A DNA stretch of 64,000 bases from Zootoca vivipara (GCF_963506605.1 NC_083276.1:85188001-85252000); one strand, 5' to 3'. Positions 37,699-51,103 are shown, counted from the first letter of the stretch. Notes: a model not told the origin generated them from the letters alone. Numbers and translations: made by a program.

Positions 37699-37941
37699 AA
37701 CTATGGTTAAATGACGCTACTATGTGTTAGAAAATAGAGGGTCCCTGGCTGGGCAGCAACTTGACCAAGAAGGTTCTGGGCTTCATGCATGTTCAGTCAT
37801 TGAGTATGGAATTATCTTTTTAAAGGACCAACATTATTCATGATGCTCTTTGCCAGTTAACTTTGTGCATCTGTTCGAATGGGTCCTGTAGCAAGAACCA
37901 TAGCCCTACTGATTATACGGTAAATGTTTGTTCCTTTAAAC

Positions 37942-38077
37942 CAGTGATGGCCAAACTTGGTCCTCCAGCTGTTTTGGGACCACAATTCCCATCATCCCTG
38001 ACCACTGGTCCTGTTAGCTAGGGATGATGGGAGTTGTAGTCCCCAAACACCTGGAGGGCCAGGTTTGGCCATCACTG
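37942..38077. mobile_element. Palindromic hAT MITE, same family
   Basis: CAGTGATGGCCAAAC inverted ends; perfect TSD CTTTAAAC. Confidence 0.88.
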
Positions 38078-41000
38078 CTTTAAACAAAAGGGGGGTGTTC
38101 CAGTATAGAGGGGGAAAGATGGGTTTTGAATCTGGGGAACCAGCAGGACACCAGGGAATAGGGATAGGCATTGTCCATTGAAATTGGGAATGAGGATCTA
38201 ACCCTTTAAAATTAATTACAATTGCTTGGGGGGGAGGTTGATCATCATACGTGATGTCATAGGCACATGTGCCCATGACGATCACACAAGAACACACTTG
38301 GATTAATAAAAAAATATTGCTTATAGAGTGAGGGTAGGAAATTTGCCAGCAGCAAGAAGACTGTGTACTGGTAAAACCGGTTTTCCCTGTTGCAGAGCCT
38401 CGGTGTGAAGGAAGGACAACTGTATTCCACAATCAAAACGCTCCAGGGTGGGGTGATTTGCCAAAAAAACCTGGATGTCTGTACACACCCCTTTAACAAG
38501 AAGACCAACGGTGGACAAAAGGCTACTCTTTGAGAAACAGTATGTATGAAAAAAAAGGATATTCAATTGTGCAAAAGATCATAGAGAGTAGGATTTGGGC
38601 ACTGATGGAAAACCAAGCAGGAATGTGCATTATGTGAAAGCAGCAGTTAAAATGAACTAAATGTTACTGTAAGTTTTAGGAAGTGTATGAAAACAGTGGA
38701 AGATTGTTGGCTGAACACCTCATATGTAAGGTACATTCAAAATTGTTACATGAAGTTATGAAAGATGCCCCAAGATGTTGGTTAATCTTTTTCTTTCTCA
38801 ACATGCTCCCACATTTTATGAATTACGATCCTACAAAAGCTGCAACATTTTGTTTGCAAGCTGGAATCCAAATTCCATAATAGACTGAAATTATATGCAG
38901 GTCACAATCCAGCTCTGCATCTGAGATACCGGTAGATGCAAAATCCATCTTCTTTTGGAGCTATGAATAGATTTCACACCCTTCTATTCACAGGATATTA
39001 GACCATAATCTTCCATAATTTCTTTACATTGTTAGTCTTTTAATAGTAGAAGGGAGCAGAAAACAAAAGCAAATAGGAGTTTGTCTCTGTATCAGTGCAT
39101 GTTCCTGTCATTGTTCCCCATTACATAAATTTTGTACAAGACAAAGCAGAATGGAACTAACAATTGGACTCTGTGAATCCTAAAACCTTAGATTTTTATC
39201 ATTGTGCTTTACCTCTTCTACATAATATTTAAAAACTCTTGCCTCATAATCTTGATTTCTTAACCATATATCCAGAATCAATTTATCAGGAGATAATTTA
39301 TTGTGTATTGATAAACCTTTACACATTTAGGCTGTGATCCTATACACACTTACCTGACAGCAAGTTCCACAGAACTCAGAGGGACTTACTTCCGAGTAGA
39401 CATGCTTTGGATTGCTCTGTTTACAGGCCTGTGGTTCATACAAATGGGCAAGTTGTTTCCCCTCTCAGTACATTTGAACAGAAGTATTTTTATAATTCTG
39501 TGTTTTTGTATCTCAAGTCACAATTATTTAAACAATGAGGAGCCACTAAGACAATATATAATGCTCTTTGGAACAGACAATAAAAAATGAATGAAGCTTG
39601 GGTGTCTAGGGGATACTAAAGGGCAAATGAGAAATAAAAGCAGTGTTGCAGTGGGTGGGGAGATAATAGACAAACTAAGAACGGTGTGTTTTCCTGGGGG
39701 GGAGTGAATAAGGTAGAATAGATTGCCATAGGCTGGGAGTGTGATTGCATCATGGTTTGTGGGGTTGACAAACACATTCAACCTGGCCTGCTCTTGTGCT
39801 TTTTAACTGTTGCTTGATGTGTGGAAATCAGTAGAAGCAGCTTGTCAAGGTAGAAAAGCAATCATTTTCACGACCAACATCTGTTCAAACTTATGTTAAA
39901 GGCACAGGAGCAAAGGTTGGTGTCTAGACGATACCCTTTCCCCCCAAGATTGGGCAAGGTTTTTTTTCTCCCCGAGAAACTATCTCATGGCAAACAGCAA
40001 TTCCAGTAGCAATTCCAGAAAGCTGGATTGCTGGCAAGGCACCAGATCCTGGCTGCATAAAGCACTTATTTGTTTCTTATTCAGCTTTATGCTGTTACAA
40101 TAGAACAGCACTTTGTGGTTCAAACACGAGTTGGGTTTTTTTTGTGATCCTGCAAGGGAGTAAGCAGGACAGTCACAGGGCTAAGCTTGACTGCCAACTA
40201 GATGTTAATTACATGACTACAATTAATGTACACTTTTCTTTTCAGTTATCTACATCAGCCAGGAAGAAGCTTGACCATGGGACCATGTGGGGAGAGAGGG
40301 GTGAGTTTAACTCTTCAGCTTCCTTGCTGCTGACCCAGGCTTAAAAACAAAACAGAAATGCAAATAGCAGCTAGAAAGGCATTTTTGGGACCAGGAATGT
40401 GGCAGGAAGGCACACTGGCAGAGGAAGAGGCGTGTAGGGGGAGTGCACTGCCCCCAGCAGCGCGATCCCGGCAAGGTGCCATCACAACTGCCCAGCCCCT
40501 GCAGGTGGTGCACCACACCCCCAGGACGCACACCAGCCCCGCCTGCTCTCTCTCCCCCCCCATACCGGAGCATGAAGCTCCGCCACTGGAAAGGCAGTGT
40601 TAAACTATTCTCCACATTTCACAGGATCCTCGGACTGTGACTGTTATTTACATTCACACAATTATTCTCATGTTTGTTTGGCCCTGAAGCTCTGCAGCTT
40701 GGAGGCTCCATGCTCTGCTTCCTTTTGAGGGCCTAGCATGGTGCTGCTTGCCATCACATAATGAAGCTATGGCATAGCTTGGCTCTGGGGCTCTCTCTTG
40801 GGTTTAGTTAGTCTCCCTCTCAAGGCAGCTAGCTAAACCAGCTCACAGAAAAGAGAAGCAATGTGCAGGCTAAAGAACAGAGCAGAGGTGCTTTAGTAAT
40901 AACAGTGAGGCATTGAGCAGCCAGCCTCCCCAATAATTTAATCACATCAAGCCATATTCCAGTTTACGTGTACGCAACTCATGGCTGCTCTCCATGCAGT

Positions 41001-43001
41001 GCACCAACCCCAGCCCACCTTTCCCACCAAGCTTCACCCAGCACATCAGCCATCACCTCTGCAATGGGGAATATACTGCTGTTCCCATGCTGCTAAGCAG
41101 CATGGACACAGCCGTTTTGGCTACATCCTCTCTAAGTGTTTCCAATCCAGCCATAATAGATAGCTGCCCCCTGTGCTTTCTTTCTCTTGAGCTTCTTCCT
41201 AGGCTGTCTCCATTTGACACCTAAATACTACCATGTAGCTAATAGAGCTATTGCCCTGGTTTGCAGATAGGTAATGATACCCAGGAAAAAAAGAGCAGCC
41301 CTATATATGCCAAATTAAAGCCAATTCCGACTTTCTGAAATAAATTAGCTGCAGTACAAATACTTTGTTTTTAAAAGGCTTATGGGCTCAGGTGTTAAGT
41401 CCCCCTTCTAAGGTGACATGAGAAATCTGTGATGGTGATAGTGTGGAGGGAACAAAAGTGTTTATTGTTGAACTAAACTGCTGTTTGAATATAGTCGCTG
41501 TTTTAATCACAGGAGCCTCTGCTCCAGAAAGAGAAGCACAATATTTGGTTGCATGGAATTTGTCATCCTGAAGGTATGTCTGTACATCATTTATTTATTG
41601 CTCTCACCAACCTTGTAGAAAACTTAGCACATGCCCTGTTCGTGCCCATATCTTCCTCCTAAAATTGCATGTTTGGAAATTGGGGGGAGCAGATGCTTTT
41701 CTCAATAAATTCTGAGTTTAGGCCACCACACATACCCCAATGATTGGGGCCATGCGCCCTTGAGAGGAGATGGTGAAATAAGTTAAAATCTTTGCTAAAA
41801 ATTAACAAGGTAGCTCTGGCAAATGGATGGGTTAGGCACAATGGCAAAAAATCAGCATTGTAAAAAAAAGAGAGAAAAAATGTTGATCAAGTTGAGTCAT
41901 GACATTAGCCTAAAGAGATAAGGCAAGACTACGGTCCACACCATTCATAGAAAAGTTTATAATTATCTAATGAGGTAAAGCATTTGCACACAAGACATTG
42001 CAGTGAATGGCGTACCCGTTGGTTTATTGTTAGTTTGCTGGCGGTTGCTGCTTAACAGAGAACACAGGATCATGCTACCTCTCCCACTTCAAATTCTTTG
42101 TTCCAGTTTTCATAGATGCTTATGTGTGTTGAGGTTATGCTAACAATTTCGTCTTACAGTTAGAACACATTTTGGATGGATACCTCTGCAAATTCAAAAA
42201 CAGGACCCACAACTCCTCTTAAGAGAGATCTTTGAAAGATGCAAATCAAGCTGCTAGGAGAGTATATTTGGTGATGTTTAGAAACTGCAACACACTGCTG
42301 TTACAGAACTTCAGAGCTGGTGGCCCAAGCCCGACAATGTATAGCATTCTGAAAATGTTTGTGTGGAGATCTAGCCTTAAAAACACCTTCAAGGTTTGCA
42401 GACCTCTAGCTCCTGGAAACTAAAAAGGAATGACAGAATGGAGAGTCCATAAATAGCCTGTTTCTTAAACAGCTGCATTCTGAGGCTCAGGCCACCCCAG
42501 TTCGCTTTCCGTCAAGTTTGTATTATTTTAATCGTGGTTACTGGTGTTCAGAAAGGCTTTGTGGCTTGCATATCTGGTTGCCAGATTTCATTATTCAGGA
42601 ATTGTAGCAGCAAGGAAAAGTGCTGTCCTCTGCGGAGGCTGGAGCGCTGAGAAACTAGACTGCACTGCCCCTTGGTGGAGGGAAAGTTGAACACTTACAA
42701 TACAAGAGGCTTGCCAAGATGGAAACAAAGTCATCTTAATTTGAAAAAATAATCTCTCACACACAGGGCACAAGTGGAACCACTTCCGCTTTGGCGCAAA
42801 CCAGAGTTGTATTTTGAAGGCTGCATGATAAAGATCCCGCGCTATTATTGAATAGGGTAGGGTCACAGAAGTTTCTCTGCAAGTCATTTCTCATTTGACC
42901 CACACCTCCAAGAGGGCAGCTTTCCAGTAGCACCATAGCTCCTAGAGGGTCTAGCCAGATGTGAATACTGGACTTGTGTGGTACCAGTGTTCTCCAAGCC
43001 C

Positions 43002-43128
43002 CTAGGGGGGCAAGATGATGTGCCGCTGTCCTTCAGAGTCCCTTTTCTCTCTGGAGGCACAGGTCAGTGGTGCTGTAGTGGGGTGGAGCAGAGGCGATTT
43101 GTGCATCGGAGCAATGGGACTGATAGTT
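43002..43128 (-). CDS. CFAP65: Probable CFAP65 terminal coding exon (127 nt incl. TAG)
   Basis: Strong ctttttatttcAG acceptor, phase 2. Reads TISPIAPMHKSPLLHPTTAPLTCASREKRDSEGQRHIILPP*, which resembles the Pro-rich mammalian tail as I recall it. Confidence 0.68.
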
Positions 43129-44165
43129 CTGAAATAAAAAGCTCCATTTCAGTTTTTACAACTTCATAATACTAAAGAAAATATTCTAAAGCCCCAGGTC
43201 CAGTTTCTGACTTTAAAAGAGCATGGCTGGGCATGTTCTTTGCTAGAGACCACCTAACAGGATCCAATGGCACACTTCTCATATCTTATTGCTTGATTTC
43301 CTTGTGTAGCAGCAGGTACCATGAGAACCTTCTCTTCCAACTGGTGCACCCCTCTCCAGGCCTTAACCTTAGTGGATTCCTTTCTGCTTTTACCTCTTAC
43401 CATTCTCCTCTGGCCAGTGGCAGAGTGTATGCTGGCACTGCCCAGGGAAGCTGCTGCCACTCTCCTCCTGCCCTCCGCCACCGGGTCATGTCTGCTACTG
43501 CAGCCAGGCGTAAAGTGCCTCACAAACAAGGAGGGTGGGTGGCAGCATTGCCATCAACTCTTCTGCTTTCCGCTGCCGGGTCAGAAATAACCCAGCAGCA
43601 GAGCTGCTGCCGTTGGGCGCAAGGCGTGCCACAGCCAAGGAGGGTGGGTGGCAGTGCTAATGCCCACTCACTTGCTCTCCTCGCCCAGGTCAGGCCTGGG
43701 GGGGTCGGAGCTGCCCCAAGCACAAGCACCGCAGCAAAGGCACAGCTTTTTCTGGCATGGAGCCAGGCTCCGATGGAGGAGCCTACTGTTTGCGCCCCCT
43801 CTCAAAATTGCACCTGAGGCCACAGTACTCACCACACTACACCTCTTCCTCCAAGCCTTCTTTCCCTTTATTCACCACCTCCTTTAACTTCAACCATATA
43901 CCCATTTCCCTCATATTTTGTGCTTCCATTCCGTGGCCATTGAGCAGGCCAATCACACCACAAGGTGAGACAATAAAAAAAGGAAACCAATAGGATACAA
44001 AAGAAAAGATGGACGAATGTTCCAACCATAAGAACATAAATGACCCTCTCCCACTAAGCTTTCATAGTTACTAAATAGGCATCAACCAAGTTCTTCTATC
44101 CTTTTGTTCTAGGCTCATACAAAAAGGAAATTACTATTATTATTATTCTATAACCCATTACTCAC

Positions 44166-44303
44166 TTTTGGGAGAAAACAGTAGGGAGTGCAATGATTCT
44201 GGGTCGTGCTGTCAGTACTACCTCCCCACGACTAGCCTCCACCAGAATGTTTCTGATGGTGTTTTCCAGCACCATCTCAGTCAGATTTGCAAATGCTGGC
44301 AAC
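44166..44303 (-). CDS. CFAP65: CFAP65 penultimate exon (138 nt)
   Basis: [45 protein letters not shown] (conserved C-terminal motif); aAG / GTGAGT. Confidence 0.93.
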
Positions 44304-46043
44304 CTTAAGAGAAAAGAGCATTTCAGTTCTCCCTGTCCAGGGAAGTTGGTGTTTCCAAGCATGCTTACAGAGTGGTACCACAGCATAGTGCCCATCCTAC
44401 TCTCTACCTTTTTAATAGATCTTTGCCAACTTGTCGGCTATGCTAACAAACCAAAGGCACACTGGCCTGGAATATATGAATGGGAAAAAGCTAAACCAGT
44501 TTTATTGAAAGGGTGTGTTTGCAGACAGGACAGATGAATGGATGAATCCATATATAGAATTGAATGTCTATGATGGGGGTCGGAAAGTACCAGTACACAC
44601 ACACACACAGGCTAGTAAATGTAAGAGAGGTTCTAGGCTGAAGCTTAGGCACAGATTCATTGCTTCTCTCTAATACACTGGAATCCTTCTCAACTTCAGA
44701 GTAGTAGAATCATCACTGTGATGGATTGTATTTACTTTTTCTCTTAGATGTCCATAGAAGTCAGGGGTTGCTCACTTCTATGGGCAGAAGAAAAGCAACA
44801 GCCCTGTCAGGGAAGGGAGTAAATTTTGTCCCTTGCTCAAGTATGTCCCAGACTGCAGTCTCATTTCTTTCTCCCGGAGGAATGCATTTGTCCCTTTGCT
44901 TTCTAAAGGGAATATACTGGAGTGGAGGGAAAAAACCATCCCTCCATCTCAGATACTGATGGGCTCAACATCAGGGATGAGGCCAAGTTTTGTGCTACCT
45001 CTTCAATGTCTCCAATTATAGCTGCTTTACTTTCTCCCGCAGACATGAATGGCTGCTTTTGGCTTTTGTGGAGGAAGAGAAATGCATCCCATGATACAGC
45101 AACAGGTACTTTGATAGCACAGAATATAACCTAAAATGTGTCGCTTAGCAATATTTTGAAATTTGGAATACTGCGGCAAGAGTTAGCATTTTAAGGACAT
45201 AGGTGAGCCGCAGGGAGATGGAGTGAGTGACATTCTTTTAAATATTTTTAAAGTCGGGACAGTAAGGAACCAGCTGTCAATACAACCTGCATTAATTAGT
45301 AAAAGCAGCAAAGATAAAGTATCCTGGGAAGCTAATGGGTCTCTCCAACACTGCTGCTCTGCTCATATAATAGACTTCCAGGCATGCAGTGGCACTGTCT
45401 CTTCTGTCCCTCCAACTCTATATGCTCTCAAAATCAGCTCCTGGGGGTTGCGGGACCCTCTGGAGTAAAGTTTTGGACGTGTAGAGGAGAGAAAATGAAA
45501 GTTCCTTATTAGGTTTGTTTCAACCAGGGCTGGCCCAAGACATTTAGCACCTGAGGTGAACCACACTATGGCATCCTGCTTCCAGAAAGGAAAGAAGGGC
45601 AGAGTGAAGATCTGCACCAGGAACAAGGGGAAATAAAACAGCCACATCAGGATCTGATGCTCCTGTGGATCCTGCCGCCTGAGGCGGTCGCTTTGCCTTG
45701 CCTCATGGATGGGCCAGCCCAGTACTCTACATAGCACTAAGCAGATGGTTCTGTCAGCACAAGGGGTTTTTCCTTGTGCAGTAGAATCATCTCCCTCTCC
45801 CCATGTGCCCCCCAAACTGTTCTGGGGTTTCTCCAAACCTCCAGATTTGGGGGTGGCGTGAGGAAGGAGAGTGGGAAAAATCCCTTTGCTAATACTAACC
45901 CTCCTACTAGCTCAAAAATGTTGTTGAATCCTGCCCATTGTTCTGTGCATCTTTCGCATTACAGAAGTGTTGTCACCAGAGTATGGCTATTTTGCTGAGA
46001 GTCCCTACTTAGATATGCCCCTCAATTTGTACATTTGGCTCAC

Positions 46044-46334
46044 CTGATAATGGTTTCCTTCTGCTCCCGGAATTGTTCCTTGCGAATAATGACACTTAGA
46101 CTCTCTTGAGCTTCTGAAGTTTCTATAGGAGATCTCTCTACTGCTCCTCCAGCATCTTCATCTTCTGCTCTACACCTAGGGCTAAACTCTGGGGAAGTTG
46201 GTCTTGTAGAGGTACCACCTGGGCTGTGCTTCTGTTTGGCTGACTCCTCACTCCAGAACTGGCAGAAGTAGGGAGTGGGCTTTGCTAGGCTTCTCATCAC
46301 TGCTTCATGGAATTGGCTTTCCTCCAGCAGCCCC
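46044..46334 (-). CDS. CFAP65: CFAP65 exon (291 nt)
   Basis: GLLEESQFHEAVMRSLAKPTPYFCQFWSEESAKQK...IRKEQFREQKETII; tAG / GTGAGC. Confidence 0.9.
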
Positions 46335-47179
46335 CTAGAATGTCAGGAGAGAATTTACTTTGGAATGAAAGACAAAGCGGGCTGCCTTTGTCACACTGTT
46401 GCCCTTTGCCCCCAAACCCTGGGAATATGAAAAGCCAGCGTACCCTTGAGACTATCCAGGTATACATCCGAAGGGATACGTGTAGGAAAAAGGTATTGGG
46501 AGTCTTCCCTGAATATACAGCACACTAAATTAGTAAAATTGGCTGCAGTGAGATGTCATGGTGAATTATCAGCAAGAAAGCAGAACAAAAGATGCAAAAC
46601 CTCAAAGACTGCCACTCCCCATATGAACTGACCCCGTCCCTGTGATCATCATTTGAGGCCCTTCTTCATGTGCCTCCTTCATAAGAGGCTTGGAGGGTGG
46701 CAACACAAGAATGAGCCTTTTCTGTGGTGGCTCCCCATTTGTGGAATGCTCTCCTTAGCAAGGCTCGCCTGGTCCCTTCACCTTTAGACACCAGGCAAAA
46801 ACATTTCTCTTCAACCAGGCGCTTGGCTGATTGACATTTGATGGCTTTTTTAATGTGTTTGTGGGAGGGAGGTTATTGGTTTGTCTTTGTTTTACGTATT
46901 TTGTATTTTTCTGTTGTGAACCACGCTGAGATCTTTGGATGTAGTATACAAATTAAATAATAACAATAATCACCAAAATGTCCAAAATTGATCAAATAAT
47001 GTCCAAAATTGATCAAATCTTCCCTTTCCTGCAGGAATTTGAGCTAATTTACCTTCATGTTACTTAGTCACTACAATGAAGTGGACTTGGACCGGAGGAC
47101 CTGACTTTCAAATCTCCATTCAGTCATGAGGTTCACTCTGTTGCCTTGGATAATGCCAAGTCTCAGCCTAATCCACGCA

Positions 47180-47370
47180 AGAGCATAGGAATCTGCCTTA
47201 TCCAGAGTCCATGTGGCTCATATTGACTACACTGACTTGCAACAGCTCTCCAGAGATGCAGACAGGAGTCTTTCCCCAGCCCTTCCTGGAGATGCCATGA
47301 ATTGAACTTGGGACCTTTTGCATGCCAAGCATGTACCCTGCCACAACCTTTCCCTATGGCCTTTCCCCAC
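47180..47370 (-). mobile_element. Degraded tRNA-derived SINE (Squam2-like); another decayed copy at ~63641-63775 (+)
   Basis: GCATGCAAAAGGTCCCAAGTTCAATTC..GGCATCTCCAGG..GATAAGGCAGATTCCTATG. Confidence 0.6.
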
Positions 47371-47555
47371 CCCACAGGATTACTGTGAGTACACAGTGTG
47401 ATAGCTCCTGTACACTATTTCTGACCACCTTGGAGGAAGAGAAGGCAAATGTGACAAATGCATACACCTAGCCTTGCAATTCTATGCATCTGAGCACTGT
47501 TATGAAAGCATATTCTGCCTTTGAACAGCAGGATTCTGGTTGAGGAGCCACCCAC

Positions 47556-47696
47556 TTGATCACTGTCGACAGCATGTCTGTTACTAGCTGTGCCTCCTGT
47601 TCCGTACAGCTTGCTAACGCCATCATACTTGGAGATCCACTCTTGCTCCTACTCCTGCTCACAGTATTCCTTCTGATTGTCGTCTTCTTAAGTTGG
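47556..47696 (-). CDS. CFAP65: CFAP65 exon (141 nt)
   Basis: QLKKTTIRRNTVSRSRSKSGSPSMMALASCTEQEAQLVTDMLSTVI; ccAG / GTGGGT; phase 2-2. Confidence 0.88.
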
Positions 47697-48387
47697 CTGG
47701 AAAGAGGACAACAAGGAGAATTAAAGTGCCTTGTCAAATGATACGAGAATGCCATGAACCACAGGGTCTCTAGAAAGAAGCCAACAAGATTTTTGTCCCC
47801 TGGCTCAGTTTGTTAAATTTCCCCACAATCCACAACAGTGGATTGGAAGGAATCAGATTCATACGCTGCTTTTCTCAATTCCAACATACGAATGTTAAGA
47901 AAAGCAACATGTAAAGCAGCCTTCGTAAGAGTGAGATTTATGTGAGATTCACAATTTCCTTATGCATTAGGTTGTATTCAGCTAAGTCCTACTTAGAGTA
48001 GATGGTGTAGACCAGTTGAAATTAGTATGCTGGTCATGTTGTAAAGCAAGCTTCCCCTTAACTGTTTTTAATTGTTATGTTTCTAAATTGTTTGTGTTAT
48101 TGTATATTTTAATAAAGGAAGTTTTAGTGTTCTCTCTTTTAACTATGGGTTGATTTTATAGTTGTAAACCACTTAGAAGCCATCCTGACATATCAGTATT
48201 ACAGTATATAAATTATTAATAATAATGTCTACGCTGAGTAAGACCAGCATTGAATACCACCCATTGCTTTTTGAAGAAAATGTTTTGGATGCCAGTAACA
48301 AACGGCATCTCGTCTATTTGTCTTGTAGGAGAGTATACAGAGAACCAACATCTCCCCTGGAGACCTGGTGACAGGGGAAGGCCTTAC

Positions 48388-48602
48388 CGGAAAAGGAAGT
48401 GCTGGGGCAGGTCATTAGGGAAGTTGACCAGGTAGTCATCAGTTGAGTGTGACCTGGCGGTAACCCCCAGGTGCATGAGGCAGGGCTTGGGGGGCTCTGG
48501 CTTCACCCACAACCTGCTGGCATCTTTGTTCCTCGTGAGCTTCCTCTGGCTGCGGCTGGCAGGAGGGTTAGGCACATGGATGTTCCTAATGGGTGGAAGA
48601 GT
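48388..48602 (-). CDS. CFAP65: CFAP65 exon (215 nt)
   Basis: TLPPIRNIHVPNPPASRSQRKLTRNKDASRLWVKPEPPKPCLMHLGVTARSHSTDDYLVNFPNDLPQHFLF; cAG / GTAAGG. Confidence 0.92.
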
Positions 48603-48929
48603 CTGTTGGGATAGATTTTAAAAGACACTCTTTAATGAGTGGGTTGGAGCCCTCCAAAGTCAACCACCACTATGTATTTTGTGTTCTCATTTTGTATTTT
48701 TATGTTGTAAACCACCCTGTCTTTTTGGATGAAGGGTGGTATACAGATTAAATAACAACAACCAGAACAAATCTGCTTAAAAGAGGGGTTGGGGTTTCTT
48801 TCTGTTTTATACACAGTTCCCATTTTCAGCCTTCATCTTGGTTCTCCCATGATTTAGGCTGTGCATAGGCCTCTCTCTCAAACACAAATGTGTGGAGAAA
48901 AGAATGGACTATATATAAAAAATACAGTA

Positions 48930-49166
48930 CAGTGGTACCTCGACTTACGAACGACTCGACAACCGAATTTTTCGACTTACAAATGGGGGTAATGGCCGCG
49001 CGCTTATGAATGTCTCGACATCCGAAAGAAAACTGCGGCGGTTTTAGATAGGGTTGCTTCGACTTACGAATTTTTCCGTTTCCAATGGCGTTTTTTGACT
49101 TACGAATTTTTCGACCTACGAAGGTGCCTTCAGAACAGATTAAATTTGTAAGTCGAGGCATCACTG
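48930..49166. mobile_element. Tigger/pogo-like MITE
   Basis: TA|CAGTGGTACCTCGACTTAC ... GTAAGTCGAGGCATCACTG|TA. Confidence 0.82.
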
Positions 49167-49225
49167 TAATTACTCAGAACCTTCACCGCACCATTCTTAG
49201 GGACTAAGTACTGGACTTAGAAGTA

Positions 49226-49582
49226 AAAAGGTAAAGGTAAGGGGACCCCTGACCATTAGGTCCAGTCGTGACCGACTCTGGGGTTGCGCGCTCATCTCGC
49301 ATTATTGGCCGAGGGAGCCAGCGTATAGCTTCCAGGTCATGTGGCCAGCATGACAAAGCCGCTTCTGGCAAACCAGAGCAGCACATGGAAACGCCGTTTA
49401 CCTTTCCGCTGTAGCGGTTCCTATTTATCTACTTGCATTTTGACGTGCTTTCGAAATGCTAGGTTGGCAGGAGCTGGGACCAAGCAATAGGAGCTCACCC
49501 CGTCACAGGGATTCGAACCGCCGACCTTCTGATCAGCAAGCCCTAGGCTCAGTGGTTTAACCCACAGCACCACCTGGGTCCC
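49226..49582 (-). mobile_element. Sauria SINE
   Basis: Reverse complement of the consensus; imperfect TSD CTGGACTTAG(G)AAGTA on both sides. Confidence 0.88.
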
Positions 49583-50764
49583 TCCTGGACTTAGGAAGTA
49601 CCCTCAAGCTAAGAACCTGCTCCTTCAGCAGGATTGTGATTCCTGTCTAGAATTTTTTTCTATGCTGCTATATCACAAAATATCAAGGTAGTATATACTG
49701 CTCAAACATTAAACATCATTTAAAGATGAAATTAAAAATTCAAGAATACAGATAATCAGTAAGGCTAATCAAAATTAAACGGCTCCAAAGGTCTGTTGGC
49801 CCAAGTAGTCTTCAAGAGGTGTCTGAAAGTCAAAAGCAAGGGATGCTTGCAAAATCACTGCTGAAACGCAGTTCCACAGCATGGGACAGGCAACTTTTCT
49901 GGACAGAAGAACCACCCCAACGGTGTGTCTTATCTGGATTGAGCTTCGGTTTACTGACCCTTATCCAGCGCATTACCAAAGTCAGGCACTGGTTTACCAT
50001 GCAGAGAAACAGAACTATGTGTCCTCAGCATATTGATGACAACACCAGATGACCCTTCTCCGTAGTTGCTGTGCCCAGGAAGCCTGCTTGCCACATTGTG
50101 GTTAGACTATATGACTATTCCTTTCTTAAGGAAAACTGATTCTGTAGGCTGGAAGCAGAAGCTGTTTTTACACAGCACTGATTGGCTGGTAGTGGTAACT
50201 TTTGATCCCATACCTCCCCAGAGCAATTTTGCAAATTAAACCACCACCATCCCACACACAAACAATACATTTTTTAAAAAAATGCAAAGAAATTTTGAAT
50301 CACATCAACATTTAAGTGGTACTTCAGTGAACATTTTTAAAAGGCAGGGAGCAGGGACACAGCTACAAAATCAGTATTTGAAATGGACTATGCAGTGCAG
50401 TGGAAAGGCAGACAGAAACCTGACCTATTCATAAAAGTGGTGAGGACTAACTCCTGTTTTTAGATAATCCACATGCCCCCAAAATGCACTTTTCCTGATC
50501 ATCATATTGGATTGCTACCACTCTGCAGCAAAGCATTTTCAAATAATACAGAAAAACTGTACAGTCAAAACAGACCCAACAAATGCTTTGATAGCAACAC
50601 ACAATTATTCTGTGTGTGGGGGCACTTCCACTCTGTCACCAGAATGCCAAATTCTTAAGCATCTTAGCTCTGAAATAAGAGCCCCATTGGTTCACTGCCC
50701 TATCAGTCACCCACAGAAATCTCAACATATTCCACTTCAGAGAAGGTAACAGTCAACTTATTAC

Positions 50765-50827
50765 CTTGTATTTCCGGATCACTGAATGTGTGGCAGAAAG
50801 CTTTGCTGACCCCAAGTTTGAAGCCCC
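50765..50827 (-). CDS. CFAP65: CFAP65 exon (63 nt)
   Basis: GASNLGSAKLSATHSVIRKYK; joins TLPPI in the next exon to give the conserved RKYKTLPPI; tttAG / GTAATA. Confidence 0.82.
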
Positions 50828-51103
50828 CTAAACAAAGGGAAGAAAATCATAGTAAAGCATGTGGAACAAACAACCATGATGCTGTTACACAATTACATAA
50901 ATAAGATACTCAATGGTGCAAAGTAAAGTATATGCAAATGTTTATAACAAAGCCCTGGCATTTTTGTTTGTTAATGTAAAAGAGCCAAAGGAAGTTGCAG
51001 TCTTGAGCAGAGGGGTCCAACAGTCAATGGAGCAGGGGCTTATCCCTTTCTGCACCAGCCATTTTTTCTCTCAAAGTGATTTGCCCCCTGTGAGGTTCTA
51101 GAT

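Noticed and set aside
42591-42693. Alternative phase-2 CFAP65 terminal exon (VQLSLHQG...TIPE*)
   Set aside because: Weak acceptor (tgtaAG), and the exon at 43128 has a far better acceptor and better resemblance to the mammalian tail.
43233-43817. 194-aa + strand ORF in the CFAP65 last intron
   Set aside because: GC-rich, probably TE-derived; no homology recognised.
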